From the human T2T-CHM13v2.0 reference genome, Homo sapiens, in assembly GCF_009914755.1 (NCBI RefSeq), contig NC_060942.1: a stretch of DNA of 64,000 nucleotides. The stretch is one strand, 5' to 3'. Position 1 is the stretch's first letter, and each line of letters opens with the position of its first letter. Position numbers and translations under genes: made by a program. Shown here one piece after another: positions 24,813-38,974 of this stretch. Under the pieces are notes generated by a model that saw only the letters and a program-made list of their open reading frames with translations, did no database searches and had not been told where the DNA came from.

Positions 24813-26268
24813 GGATTGAAACAGCTAGAAATAATCAAACTGGAAGTGGAAAGCAGCAGCCAGAATCCAAGCCTAATAAAAGTCAAAGATCTAAAATTTT
24901 CTCTATATGAAAACTATTTATTCTCTAAAAACAACCGAGATGCGGTTTTGCAAGCAGCAGCAGGCTATCTCAGCTAAGGCCCTTATTTTTTAAAAGAGAA
25001 ACTATGAATATGAGAACTCATTGACAATGATTTCTTCATTGCTCTCAGTCATTTTGTGAACCTGTGAGATTCACTGTAAAATGAAGAAGCGGTTGTCAAT
25101 TTGGAAAATTTTGTGGAAATGAAAGATTGCAAAGTTTTATAGGCAATTTATTTCAATCTCATGATTCTGAAAAGATCATGACAACAATATTGACTCTGTC
25201 TATTTTGAATAAAATTCACCTTTGTTAGCAATGATAAAAAACACAGTCTTGTGAAACAAATACAGTAAGAATTGTTAATGTCCTTTATGTCCCCAAAGAT
25301 ACAAAGTTTGTATAAGCACAAGTCAATTTGTTTTTTATTAATACAGTTGCTTTTATTTTAATAAGTTTGGGTGAAATCATGAAAACAATTAAAAGGAAAG
25401 ACAGCAATGATGAGCCTTTTGTAGAAAATCAGTACAAACTAGCGCCAACTAAACTACACATTCTTATCTTCTGTCGTTATTTTTATGACGTATTAGTGCT
25501 AAATACTATTAGCAATGTTTCAGCACAATAATAATTATTCACCAATTTGTGATGAAGACCAATATCCTAAAATCTATGCCAAGTAGAGTTATTCTGCAAA
25601 TACATCTCAAGGAAAATTTATATATACTTAGCTCAAAACTGTAATAAAAGAGGTTGCTTTAAGATAACATATTCGATTTTGTTAGCAGTTTTAAAAACAG
25701 GTAATCTAACAGAAGAAATACAAATGTATAAAACTTTTCATAATGGAACTTCATTATTGTTGATCCATATGATCATTCCTTCTTTATATAAGGAGTCCTT
25801 CTGATATTGTATCCTCTTGAGTTGAAAGGCCATGGGCCAGATTAGTACATAATGCATTTTAAACAAATAGAACAAAGTTTTATTTGAAGAATAAATTAAA
25901 GGAATCAATAATAATGGTATGCTAAATTCAAAGACCCACAATATTTTCAATAAGTATCTTGTTTTTAACAGAAAAATAATACAATATCTAACCTAAAATG
26001 ATGCCTGGCTAGAAAATCGAAGCTCCTCTCATCTTTTCCACATTCTTCCCACTCACCAAACACAAAAAGAGAAAAAAACAAAGCACGCAAACAAACAAAC
26101 AAAAACTTATGAAAGTATCAAAAGCTAGGATTTAGAGTTTTCACATTACCAGAAACAAAAAGTACTTTTTTACAAAACTAAAGACTACATAAATGGCAGA
26201 ATTTTCTAAAATTATGCCTAAAGTACTTTGCGCTTTCAAATTTCCCCTCACTTTTCCCAGGTACTCAC

Positions 26269-26449
26269 GATAACACCAGCTGAACCAACTGGAACTTCGG
26301 ACAAATCTTTGTCCATTTCTTGGCCATGGACGTTACAATCAGTCAGAAATGCCGATGCCAGAATGATCACCATAATCTTTTATCTTTTTAGAAAAGTTAA
26401 CTCTGTGTATAGCAAGAAATGGGAGTAAATTGATGGTGAATATGTTAAT
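26269..26449 (-). ncRNA. Candidate exon (181 nt) containing a strong-Kozak ATG at 26373
   Basis: Minus strand: acceptor gattttcctaccag|, donor ATC|gtgagtac. Four CpGs in ~90 bp of otherwise CpG-depleted DNA. attATGG opens 35 codons up to the donor. Confidence 0.45.
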
Positions 26450-26974
26450 CTGGTAGGAAAATCTTCCAAATTAATTCCTGTAGTCATGGCAAAAACAAGG
26501 CATTATTTGGAAGCTTTGCATTTCGGATATTAAAATTCTACTTTTACCCTACTTTTCAAGGTATGAAATATCTTATACTTAAGAACTTTCAGTTTATAAA
26601 ATGGTATAGATTAAATATAGAGCAAATTTATACAAGCAACTTAAATGCATGAATAATGCAGAACACCTACAGGAAGACTTGCAGTTACTGACATTGTATA
26701 ATTTTAGACTGATAAATACTTTTGGAGTCTAACCATTGTATAAGCAGAGAAGACTGTCAAGTAGACATTCGGGGGCTGGATACGGTTTAATGGATGAGAA
26801 GAGATCCCATTTAGTCCTACACAGTCAAATTTGAGAAAAACATTTGCAATTAGGTTTTAGACTTGCCCTTCTTCTGTCAGCTTGTGTTTTTATTTTATTG
26901 AAGTGTATCATAGAACTCAATTAAAAAGAGAATAGAGCCAAAGGAAATTCAATTCTTATTTGATAATTCATTTC

Positions 26975-27312
26975 TAAGAGAATGAAATCATGTCTTTTTT
27001 GAGTCAGGATGGATGAAACTGAAGGCCATTATCTTAAGTGAAACAACTCAGAAACAGAAAACAAACACCACATGTTCTCACTTATAAGTAGAAGCTAAAT
27101 AATATGTACATAAGAACATGGAGTGTGAAATGATAGACAGTGGAGACTCAGAAAGGTGAGAGGTGGGAGTTAAGTGGAGGTTGAGAAATTACTTCATCGT
27201 TACAATTGTACTTCGTTCTGATGATAGGTACCCTAAAAACCCTGACTTTACCACGACAAAATATATCTATGTAACAAAACTACATTTGTATCTCAGAAAT
27301 TTATATAAATAA
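26975..27312 (+). mobile_element. L1PB4-like 3' end
   Basis: aatgaaatcatgtcttt...catgttctcacttataagt...ggagactcagaa...tatgtaacaaaactacatttgta...aataa. Confidence 0.9.
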
Positions 27313-28832
27313 GATGAAAACATGAAATTCATAGGTTAGCATGATTTCTTATAAAAAAGTGAGACAGCAACCAATACAAAGACTAATTAAACTAAACAGA
27401 AAATTTAAAATATAAACAAAAACAAAAAGCTAAAAAGAGAAACATCTTTCTGAAGACGGACAGTAAGAAGACACCTCATAAAATTATTTAATTTTTAAAT
27501 TATGGGTCAGAATACATTATTTGAAAATTCTTCAGCAGTTCAAAGTAAGAAAGTATGAATTCAATAAAGTTAAAAAAAAGTTAAAGCATTAACAACTGAG
27601 CTAAAATGTAGCCAGATAAAATATATAATGACACAAATGAGATGAATACACAATAATAAACAAAAAAAAAGCATTAAAGTACTTAAAAGAGAAAACAGGA
27701 TTGGGAATAAAATAAATCAAATGAGAATGTGAAGGTCAAGTTTATAAAGTTTTCTCAAAACGTATAGGAAATTAACTAGAGGAAAATGCAGAGATAAGAT
27801 GTTACAATTTAATAAACCAAATACCAAAATTTTTGAAAACCAATCATTAACATGTCCTGCAATATTAAAAATTGAAACCGTAAATTAAAAAATAATACAA
27901 ACAACAAGTCATTTGATTAACATTGCTTTCCAAAGAATGCCATTTTAAAATTGTATTAAATCCAATCCACAAATATTTCCTTTCTTTAATCTACTGAAAA
28001 ACTTTTTGCTTACTTTATTTCCATTTCTAATTTTGTTCATGATTTCTTGTAATATATTAAGAAAATTGAACATATTTATAATAGGTGCTTCCGTATCCTT
28101 GTTTCCTAAGTCTAGTTTTCTGTCATTTCTGGCTTTTTAAAAAAATTATAATTATGGAACATAATTTCCTGTTTGGGAAAATGTTTATTAATTTTTTATT
28201 AAGATGCTAGAATTTGTTTTTATACATGGTTGAGTGTAGAATTTTGCTGTATCTTAAAAATGATGTTGGACATTCTTTTAATCACAGCTTCCAAAGAACA
28301 GCCATGTTGTAACAAAATGTTATGAAATCCTTATTGTGCAGCAGTACATAATAAAGCTGCTAGTTGTCAACTTTTACTTATTTTCAAAATTTTCATGTAA
28401 TTTTGAGAGGACAATTAAAATGTGTGAAAAAATATATACAGAATAACTATTTGTTTTTCCATTTGGTTAAATCATTTTTTCTTGGAATCACAGCATACTG
28501 ATATTGGAAAAAAACATGTAAAGTCAACTAATTACATTTTTGTAGTTTCAAAGTCAAAACATAGAGGCCAAGAAACAGAATTCAGTCCCACGGGGAATAA
28601 CAGACTTGTAGAGTAGAGCTGAAATATTTTGATCCTTCTTCTAGAATGTCCCTCAATGATACCAAATACTCTCTCTTAATGATATGAATGTATTCTTCCC
28701 AATCCAGAAGGATTTGGATCAGATTTCCACACAGGTGCTTTATGGACTACATATTTTGGGCATCCAAGAACCGACCAAGGCAGGTCAGGTCGGAAGGTAA
28801 ATCATAGACTGGTATTAACATTTCAGGTAACA

Positions 28833-29133
<301 letters not shown>

Positions 29134-30516
29134 TCACGTAGCAAATGAAATACTTTTCTTGGTTTTTGAAAGAATAGCTGCATTTCCTTTCATTTTCTTT
29201 TTTTTAAAATATGAACCATGAATGGTCATTAGAGCATCATATATATTTTTGCACTGACTTTGAATTATATCTAAAGTCACATGCATAATTTAGATCAAAT
29301 TTACAAAATCAACTTTAAGCAGCTAATTCCCAATACAGAGACACTCCATTCCCTGACACTTTATTTTCAGAGCAAGCATAGCTAGAGGTGTAATTGAGAT
29401 TGGCTCTGCAACTAGAGTACAATAGAATACCAAAATTAGATTAAGATGGCTTAAAATACATAATTATATTAAAGCAATCAAGATATTAGTTGATGCCTGT
29501 CTCTTACTATAACATATAGTTTATTTTGTTAATTAATCATTAACAAATATTTAGAGCGATTTAATAAAATCATTAATTGAAATGAACAATGAAAAATGAG
29601 TCAAATTGCTTCTAACAGTTATCCACATTCCTGAAGTGCTTATTTACTGGTCTAGCTTCCCTCTCTAAACATTCCCATTCTTCATAAAGTATTATTACTA
29701 TGAAGTGAGGGCGAAACTATATGTGAAGTGTGTGGCATATGTTATTTGGGGGTAAAGCATAGTATAATTTATTGAATTACTAAAAACTTAATTACCGATG
29801 GGCTCTAAATATCACTTGTGGTTCTATAATTAATTGTGTGAACTTATTTGGGTTTTCAGTTTCTTCATCCGGGGACAGGAAGATTAGATTCCTAAGATTT
29901 CTTTCAGCCTAAAAGTTGTAACTATTTATTTTAAGTTTTTTACATAACAGCTTTTGGAAACGCTTATTGAAAGAGATCATTAATTAAATAAAATAACTAT
30001 AGTTTGATAGTAAAAAGTAAAAACAGAAATCACATAATTATGAACTATTGCTTTGTAAGAACTTACATAATATATAAAATATTAAGACTTTCTAAACTCT
30101 ATGGAATATTTCAGAAACATTGTCTGAATGGCTGGTATATGACAGAGATGAAATATTTATTTCTAAGAATGAGATATTTACTGAAATTATCTGATTTCAG
30201 TAGGGTTTTATATTTTCTAAATCATTTTAGATACATTCTATCTGTGTGAAAGGCCTGAAAAACAATACACAACATTCTATCCATGTGAAAGGCTTTAAAA
30301 CATGCAACAGATCTCAACTGGATTGTGTTAGAAAAGGAGACTGATCATGCCACGTCCCCTAGATAGGCCAAAAGCACTGACAATAACAGAGAAATATGGT
30401 CAAGCAATAAGTGATAAAACAGCAATTTGTGCAATGTAAAACAGTAACTAAAATCTTAGAACAGTTTATATTCCAGGTATGTATCAAACTGTAGATGTCA
30501 TGGTAAATATACTCAC

Positions 30517-30778
30517 TGATGGAGATTACATGTCATGCAGAAAGGTCTCTTAAGGAACCTTCCAAGGTGATGAGCCATAATAATAAATCAGCCAAATGAT
30601 TCTCCTCTCTGGCTGATGAAAGGAAATTCTCCTTGAGATCAATCATTGTGAACACGCTGACAATGAAGTAGCCTTGCTGCTGATCTTGTGCCAGGCTACG
30701 TGGAAGATTTCACACATCCTTGAAATGCAACTAGTGTAAAAATCGCACACTCCTCACATAGATGATTTGGTTCAAAGA
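30517..30778 (-). ncRNA. Candidate exon (262 nt), non-coding-like
   Basis: Minus strand: very strong acceptor cttattctcctttttttccccttag| and donor TCA|gtgagtat; non-repeat sequence with internal stops in the frames examined. Confidence 0.45.
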
Positions 30779-30886
30779 CTAAGGGGAAAAAAAGGAGAAT
30801 AAGATAGACTTTTGACCCCAGAAAGCAAAGAGCATAAAGCTCTGCAAAACAGGGTCTTTTGGGGGCATGGGGTTTTTTTTTGTGGT

Positions 30887-30891
<5 letters not shown>

Positions 30892-30929
<38 letters not shown>
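30892..30929. repeat. (TG)n microsatellite
   Basis: Pure run of about 19 TG units. Confidence 0.97.
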
Positions 30930-30930
<1 letters not shown>

Positions 30931-31396
30931 TTGTTAGAAGGAGATTTAGAGGCAAGAGGGACACAGTGTTTTGGTGAAGAAGGAGCAGAGAGGTAGGGCA
31001 GCCGCCTATTCTGATAGAAACTCAACAACCTGCTAACTGGAACTAACTATGTGGGAAAAGCTCTCTGCAGAGTTGGCACCACGAAGCTCACTGGAACCAT
31101 TTCAACTCCTTAAAATCTCCTTCAGTACCTCCCCTACACAAATTGCTTAATAGGGAAAACTGCCATATTTCTCATTGTTGTTTAAGTGTCCACGGGTAAA
31201 AAAGTGTCGTTAGGCCTCTCTTACAAACAGATAATAGCTCCCCAAACCCTCTTTCCATATAGAAATTCTGGTGCACCAATGAGGTTGTAAATAAAAACTG
31301 AATAGTTCAGTGATTCTCAAGATACAAAACAGATTTATTTTTTGCCGGAATCACAGGAAAGTTACATACTCTACCTACAATTAAAAATGTGTATAA

Positions 31397-31691
<295 letters not shown>

Positions 31692-31799
31692 TTAAGTATG
31701 ACACTTCATTCTGAGTGATCATTCTTAGCTATCAGCTTAAAGATATTTGTGCACACTCAGGCTGCATGGAGGTCACAGCCTGTGGTGGGAACATTGCTA

Positions 31800-31935
31800 T
31801 CTAGTGCTGCAGACAGGAGAACTGGGTTTTATTCTTGGCTCTGCTACTAACTAGCTCCTTGACTTCAAGGAAATCACTTAAGTTTTTTCTAGCTTAAAGA
31901 GAAAGTCTTGCCCTTGATAATATCTAAGTTTTCAT
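31800..31935 (+). mobile_element. MIR fragment
   Basis: ctgggttttattcttggctctgctactaactagct...gacttcaaggaaatcacttaa is the MIR core. Confidence 0.65.
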
Positions 31936-33527
31936 CATCAAACATTTTGAAACACATTGTCTACTGCCTGTTATTGAAAATATGTTATCTATATCATGGA
32001 CCTTGCCAAGGAAAAATATTACATAAAAGAGTGGATCAATTTTTCTTATCTAGATTAATTATAATGCACTTTTAAACATCTGTAATTTTTCTAGTTAAAC
32101 TGAATTTTGATCCTTTATTTTTATTACATAAATTATTGACAAAAATCATACAACCTCCTTCTCAGCAATCAACCAGTGAGTAAATACTATTTTGACGCCT
32201 TTTTGAAAAAAATAGTAAGCTTTATTTCTTTGCATCTGAGTTATTTCCACAGTTATTTTAAAAAGCTGGACACCCAATTAGGAAATCTAATAATTACATT
32301 GCAAATACCTGAACCAATATCAATGTACTTATTTTTCTATGTACTATTTTGTAGTAAAAAATCTACAAAGAGACTTCCAAGTTTGTCATGTTAATGCTTT
32401 CTTCAATGAATAAAACATGGCATATTTTCAAAACTATGATTTATTGAGTGCCAAACCTCTACACTAATACAAGTCTTTTAATTTCCTTTCTTTATAATGG
32501 ACATTACTAAAATGAATCAAGACCAAGGACAAAGAGAATTGACAAAGAAACCACTTTTATTAAATGAAGAACAACTTCCTCTGTAGAGATTAAATGACCA
32601 GAGTTGGAAAAAAACATAATGAAATATACGGTGTTTCTATCCTACTTATCCTACTTGATATTAGCTGAATGCATGTAAATTTTTTTTATTTGTATTGAAC
32701 AAATATAATTTATGAATTAAATAAACTTTTTATTTGTAATGAATTTTAGTTTCTAGGTTTTTGTTTTCTTTCACTGAAAACATTTTCCATGTGAAGGTGA
32801 TTTTACAATTTATTATTAAGATGTCATCATGACAAGTGAAGTGTGTCTCTGAAACTGAACACATAGTATACACTGCTTTCTATCAACTGGAAATCACTGC
32901 ATCTGTTGATAGTAGCCTCAAATTCAAAGAGGCAAAAGGATGAAAGACCTTCTGCAATATTTCTTTTTTTCACCTTTAACATCAACATGCTCTGTGTTTA
33001 AGATATATATGAGGGATTATAGATTTCAGCCTATATAGTTTATGTAACATCATTGTACTGTTTGCTCTGGGGAGGACAACATTTTAAAGTATGCAGTTGA
33101 GTCTCATAACAGCCCCTTGATGCTGCTAGCAAACAGTTACAGTACTCAGAAGCATAGAGGTTTGGCAGTAAATCAGCCTCAAGTATTATAATAAAGTTTA
33201 TGGAAGCTGTATCAACATGTGCCCTAAGTAGGAAGAGTTATTTTTGTCCTCTTCTTGCCTTCCTATTTTTCTTAGTCCAGTAAAAACTTTTGAATCATTG
33301 GGAAGTTGGTATCTACGCCCCTCATCCAGTCCTCGTGAAAGAGGAGTAATGATGTGTTGTTTAGTGAGACAGGAACAAAATAGATGACTAAACACTGTAG
33401 CTTAGTCCCTCAGGTTAGCTTGTATCCACCACATCCATTCCTCTTTCCATGCAGTAAATCAACTTGGGTAGAATCCTTGCCTCATAAAGGCAAATATGAA
33501 AGTCAGTCATTATGTCTGTCTCTGTGG

Positions 33528-33586
33528 TTCTTTCTTTCTCTCTCTCTCTCTCTGTCTTTTCTCTCTCTGTCTTTTCTCTCTCTCTT

Positions 33587-33625
<39 letters not shown>
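33528..33625. repeat. Compound (TC)n(CA)n microsatellite
   Basis: Long TC-rich tract directly followed by about 12 CA units. Confidence 0.95.
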
Positions 33626-34432
33626 TTTCCCTTGAGTTTGAAGAATAGATGCAAGTTAACATTTCTATTGGTCTCAGACACAAGACTTATTCTCTATCTC
33701 AGCTTTATTTGTGTAAATTTCTCAAGTGGTACAAAGTAAAACTGTGCTTGGCAGCGTTATAAAAGGGACTACTTTTATAACTATAGGTTTATTAATTTAT
33801 AGGGATGGCACAAAAAGAAAATAAAGTATTATCACAACAACTGATTAGGAGGTAAGAACACACAAGTTTTATCATGAAATGTTTAGTCCAAAGAAACAGC
33901 AATAGGGAGCCCAGTCTGAGGAATGAGTTGATATTCAGGTGCCATGCCCATCAAAACTGGAATGTGCCATGAATTGAGTCTATATTTTAAGCCTGATATA
34001 CCATTGCCTTTTTCTTCCCCAATTCATATCAGAACTGTGGTGATTTTGCACTTCACATGATCTAATAGGTACTCTTTAAATCTGTGGAATAAAAGTTACA
34101 ATCCTGGCCACATGACCTTACTCAAGTAAACAATAAGCTGACTGAATGTAAATAGTAGTGTGTGTCTCTTGGTGTATAATTCATTTATTTCATGCAAATG
34201 CTCATATTAAAAAGAGTTTGGAAATAATTTTATTTTAAATTGTATAAAGCATTGTCAAGAATTGTAAAGGTGCTAACATTTTACCTTACCACCCATTATT
34301 AAGTGGCTGTAAAAGGTGCTCAATTGTCAGACTCCAAAGAGCTTCAAAAAGCCAAAAATACAGATTATACTTAAGAACCAGAATCATGCGGCTAATGTCG
34401 ACTTAGACTGGAACAGCAAATGTATAGCCTAA

Positions 34433-34744
<312 letters not shown>

Positions 34745-35641
34745 TAGCCTGAAAACTTTTAACAGTGGTTAGGCATCGGTGATATCCCCAAAGCAGCAAA
34801 AGACAGATGTAGTCAATCTGCCAGGAGTGGCAAGGGCCTTGACCTGAGTTATGTGACTTTTCTCATAGTAAGACAAATGGTTCCACTTTTCGTACGAGTC
34901 ACAAATCTAGAATGCAGTGACAGCCTTAGCATCAGATACATAGATTCTTTTACCTTGTGCCCAGCCTGTGATGGTGGATATGTTGCCATAGCAGTTATGA
35001 TGATGCATCGGGAGGCATTGGTGGCACTCTGGGCCATGCAAGCTTAATAATCAGCCCAATTTCATCTGGACTCATTAGAGAACAGACTCTTACTGTAGGC
35101 ATCCACGGGATTGACTCAGAATTCAATCAGGAGCCACCATCTTTTCTACAGTTTGTGACCACAAACAGGTGTGTCATTAATCTCCCAGTCTGTAGTTTTC
35201 TAAGTGGCAAGCCAAACAGCTGGACTGTTGGCAATAGCCTAAGAGTTTGTAAAATTCCACAAGGGAAGCAATGGGAGTATTGTCTCGAGCCATGGAAATG
35301 GCCGTGAGTTCTGCCCACCGAGCAGAGTAACCATGTCCATTTCATTTCTGCTGGCATTCTCTCTTAACACTTGCAGCAGTGCCTGAAAACCATCAGCTCC
35401 TGGCCCAGCTCAATCATCAGCAAACCAAACCCAGACCCAGGCTTTTTGGGTCCTTCTGTAACTTGAAGCCCCATTCACCCAGCAGCTTTGCTTTAGTAGG
35501 TAGAGCGGGAGATAAAGTTTACACCAAAAAGACAGCTGGTACTTTGTTTTTTAATGCCAGGATATCACCATGGTCAAGTTGGCTGCATTCTGGAGTATTC
35601 CATTTCGCTTTGATATGTAAAGCTTGTTGATCCCCTTTTAC

Positions 35642-35765
35642 TTTTTTTTTTTTTTTTAGATGGAGTCTCGCTCTGTTGCCCGGGCTAGAGTGCAGTGGTG
35701 CAATCTCAGCACACTGAAACCTCCACCTCCCGGGTTCAAATGATTCTCCTGCCTCAGACTCCTGA
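35642..35765 (-). mobile_element. 5'-truncated Alu (part of right monomer only)
   Basis: Poly-T, agatggagtctcgctctgttgccc...gattctcctgcctcag, ending abruptly at ctcctga. Confidence 0.92.
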
Positions 35766-37429
35766 ATACTTTTATTTGGCACTTTTTAGGATGCATGTGT
35801 CTGGCTGCAAAGAACCCAAAAACTGATTAACAGTGTCAATAAATAAGTTGAAGTGCCATGTGTAAAGATTTCCAGATGAAGACTGCCTTACGGAAATTGG
35901 TTAAGAATATTTTCTAGAAGAAAACACAGTAAGGAAATGGGGAAAGTTGAAGATGCCAAACAAAGGTAAATCTTCAGGTAAATGTGTAGCCTCTGCATAA
36001 TCTCATAAGCGGCCTTTGGAGTATTAATTATATCTCTATGGTGGCTGCAATTCAAGGCGAGATGACAAGATTTCATATTCTCACAGCAGTTATTGGCCAA
36101 GGACGTCGTAGTTGGAGGAGTGGGAATGGGAAGAAAGCAGACATACATTTCCAGACATTTCTGGTTGTCTACACACACAGACAGATTGGCTTCAGTAGCC
36201 TAAGGCAGTTCTCCACAGAGAATTCCAGGTATGGGCCCTGGGAAGCACAGGCTGGGAGAGATGCACAGAATTGATACACAAGATCTGTGTTTGCTGCAGT
36301 CTATGATTTTCAAAGACTGGATCCAGTTATGCCTCCCAGTGATTTCCTCTATCTGAGAATGCCTTTTTCTAGACTGTGGCTGGTCAAAATTCCTGGGACA
36401 AAACTTACATGTAAAAAGTGACTGAACAGAGCTACTGAACGTGCATTCCTAGCTGACATTCTTCATTTTCCTCCTCTATCACCCATTTTCTTCTCTTGCA
36501 GTTAATGCTTCTACTTCTCTAGGTAATTTGACTGGTTAAGTGATCCAGTCATCACTAAGGAATCTGAGCTCCTAGTTGCTCTAATTGTCTTGGAGAATCC
36601 ACTGAATTTGGAACATATTCCTCCCTGCTCCAAATTATGTAGCAGTGGCAACACTACCTCATTTTGAACAAATCCACTACCCCTTCAAGTATGCAGCACC
36701 CTTTATTTGCTTACTGGTCTCTCACTATGATGAGCATAAGTGAGCAGGCTGCAGCTGTAGCTTTATGTCTAGTGGGGTGCTTTATCTCCCTTGGGAGAAT
36801 TATTTACTTTCTAGGAACCACAACTTCTAAACTCACCAAACCTAAAGCTGCAAGGAATGGGAAGCAGTATTTCCTCAATTATTTTATCAGAAAGGACTGA
36901 GAAGAAATTTACTTCTGTCTTCACCCTTTGTTTCTGGCACTTTGTGATGGCTGCTGGCCTCAGGCACAAATCCCCAAAGAAAAGTCAAACACTCAAGGGC
37001 CCCATCTTCAAGCTACAGGCATAATTCAACCTCTAAGAGGGTAGTCCAATGCTCTGTCACACCAGCAGCTACTGGATGATGCAGTAGCAGGACTACCAGT
37101 AGATTCCATGGTAGTATTCTCATTAATGCACCTCTTTTTACCATAAAGTGGTTTTCTTGTACTGTAGTGATGTTATTTAAGATATTATGTCAATAAAAGA
37201 AACATTTATTAAACACTTGGAGAGTGGTACTTTCTGAAGTGCTCCAGGCAGAAATCGAAAAATTAATCCTGGAATAGTTGTCAGTCTCCATCAGAATGAA
37301 TTGCTGCACTTTTAAGCAGAATGGGATCAGTGTAATGAAATTTCCACAAAGTTATGTTTTCTTCCTCTCTGTCCTCTGGTCATAGGAAGACCCTCATGAA
37401 GCCATAGGCATAAGATGAGGAGGATGTGT

Positions 37430-38046
37430 CAGCATTGCCAAAGCAAAACCTGCACTGGGAAAAGTTATACAGGTGAAGAGTAATTTATGTAAGGCTGTTG
37501 CAATAGGGGTGAGGAACCAGGATTCAGCCTGAGCTGAACTCCACTGAAACAAAAGCAGGTGGATTTTTAAGCACTGAAGTGTGAGGGAGAACACAGGCTA
37601 TCTACATTTGCTAATCATCTTTGCCAAAGGAAAGGTAACCTTTCTCTTATCTTTGTGAAAGGAATAGTTTCACAACTTGGAGCAAAGGACTCATAGCAGT
37701 TAATCTCCTACCTCCCCAAAGAAACTTAGAGAGAGTGATGCTATGTCCCTTGATGATTTCTTTTCAATGAGATGGATCCTGGGTCCTTGAGGAAGACATT
37801 CCTTGATTGTAAAACTGGCAAGAGGCTTTTAAAATGATTTACATCTCAAAAGGGCAGAGAAAAAATTTACAATGACAAGTTCTATAAAGTAAATGCTCTA
37901 AGAAAGGGGAAGGGGAGAGTTCCTGTGGTTAGACCATCTGGATTCTATAAGGATCTGTGTGAAAAGGAGGTCATGGGCCTAGAGGCAGGAAGAAAATTGT
38001 CTGAAGTTTAGTTAAACTGATGGATATATTAAATCTGTCTTACTCC
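37430..38046 (-). mobile_element. ERV1 solo LTR, MER31/MER67-like
   Basis: gcaataggggtgagg...ctgaactccactgaaacaaa...gatttacatctcaaaagggcagagaaa...aagtaaatgctctaagaaaggg; inserted into the ERVL pol. Confidence 0.75.
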
Positions 38047-38974
38047 TTACTAAAGGGGCAGATGACATGTGTGTTCAGATTACTTGTGGCCTCAGAATTG
38101 GCTCATACCCAATCCTACATGTATTGTTTCCGTGGTGGAATGGATAGCTGCTATGCCTGCCCAAACTTATGAGTTGGTGGGCCTGGCGGCATCCAGCTCA
38201 TAAGAGGCTCATAGACACCTGTTCAATCACCTCCAGAATCCAGAAACATGCCAGAGTGGTGTTTCTGAATGGTTTTCAGCAACCCTTTGCTGAAGAGGTC
38301 CTTACTCTTGAGCCCTAAGAAGCTTATCTGTGACTTTTCCGTTAGGGTTTGCCATGTTCAGCACACAAAATTATCTACTTCATATACTTTCAGCACCATG
38401 AGATTGTGCAGACAATATGTTCCAAGTGGCAGTGTTATTTGTACCACAGCCACAGTTCGGAACAGAGCCCTTTTTTGTTCCAAGCCTTACTCAATATTGA
38501 CAGCATTTGAAGGCACCTGATAATAAGTTGTAGCAGTATTCTCAAAGGTTATGCTACTTAAATATATGCTACCGAAAAGAACTAAAATGAAGCATTTTTC
38601 TTAGTCATATAGTATGAAATACTTTATTATTTTCCTGCAGCGGATGCCTGTGCATGTTCTAGATGCCTGTGCATGTTGTAGTTGCCTGGATTCCCCAAAT
38701 CTTCACAAATGTACTAGGCCCTTCATCTCTATAGGATCCCTCCAGCACTCTTTATTGCATGATTATTATCCCGGCATCCATAATTCTTGTTCCATCTTTC
38801 TTATCTTGTTTGATTAATGTGATAACAATCAACTTAGAATACAAAATCATGGGGAAGCTCCACGGGTAGAGGAATGAACCTGAACTTGCACTAAAATCAG
38901 TGAAAAGGCCAATCAAGAGACTAGCATTTAGCAGTCATATTTCTAAGTTTACTTGTGTAAGAACATGTCTTGCA

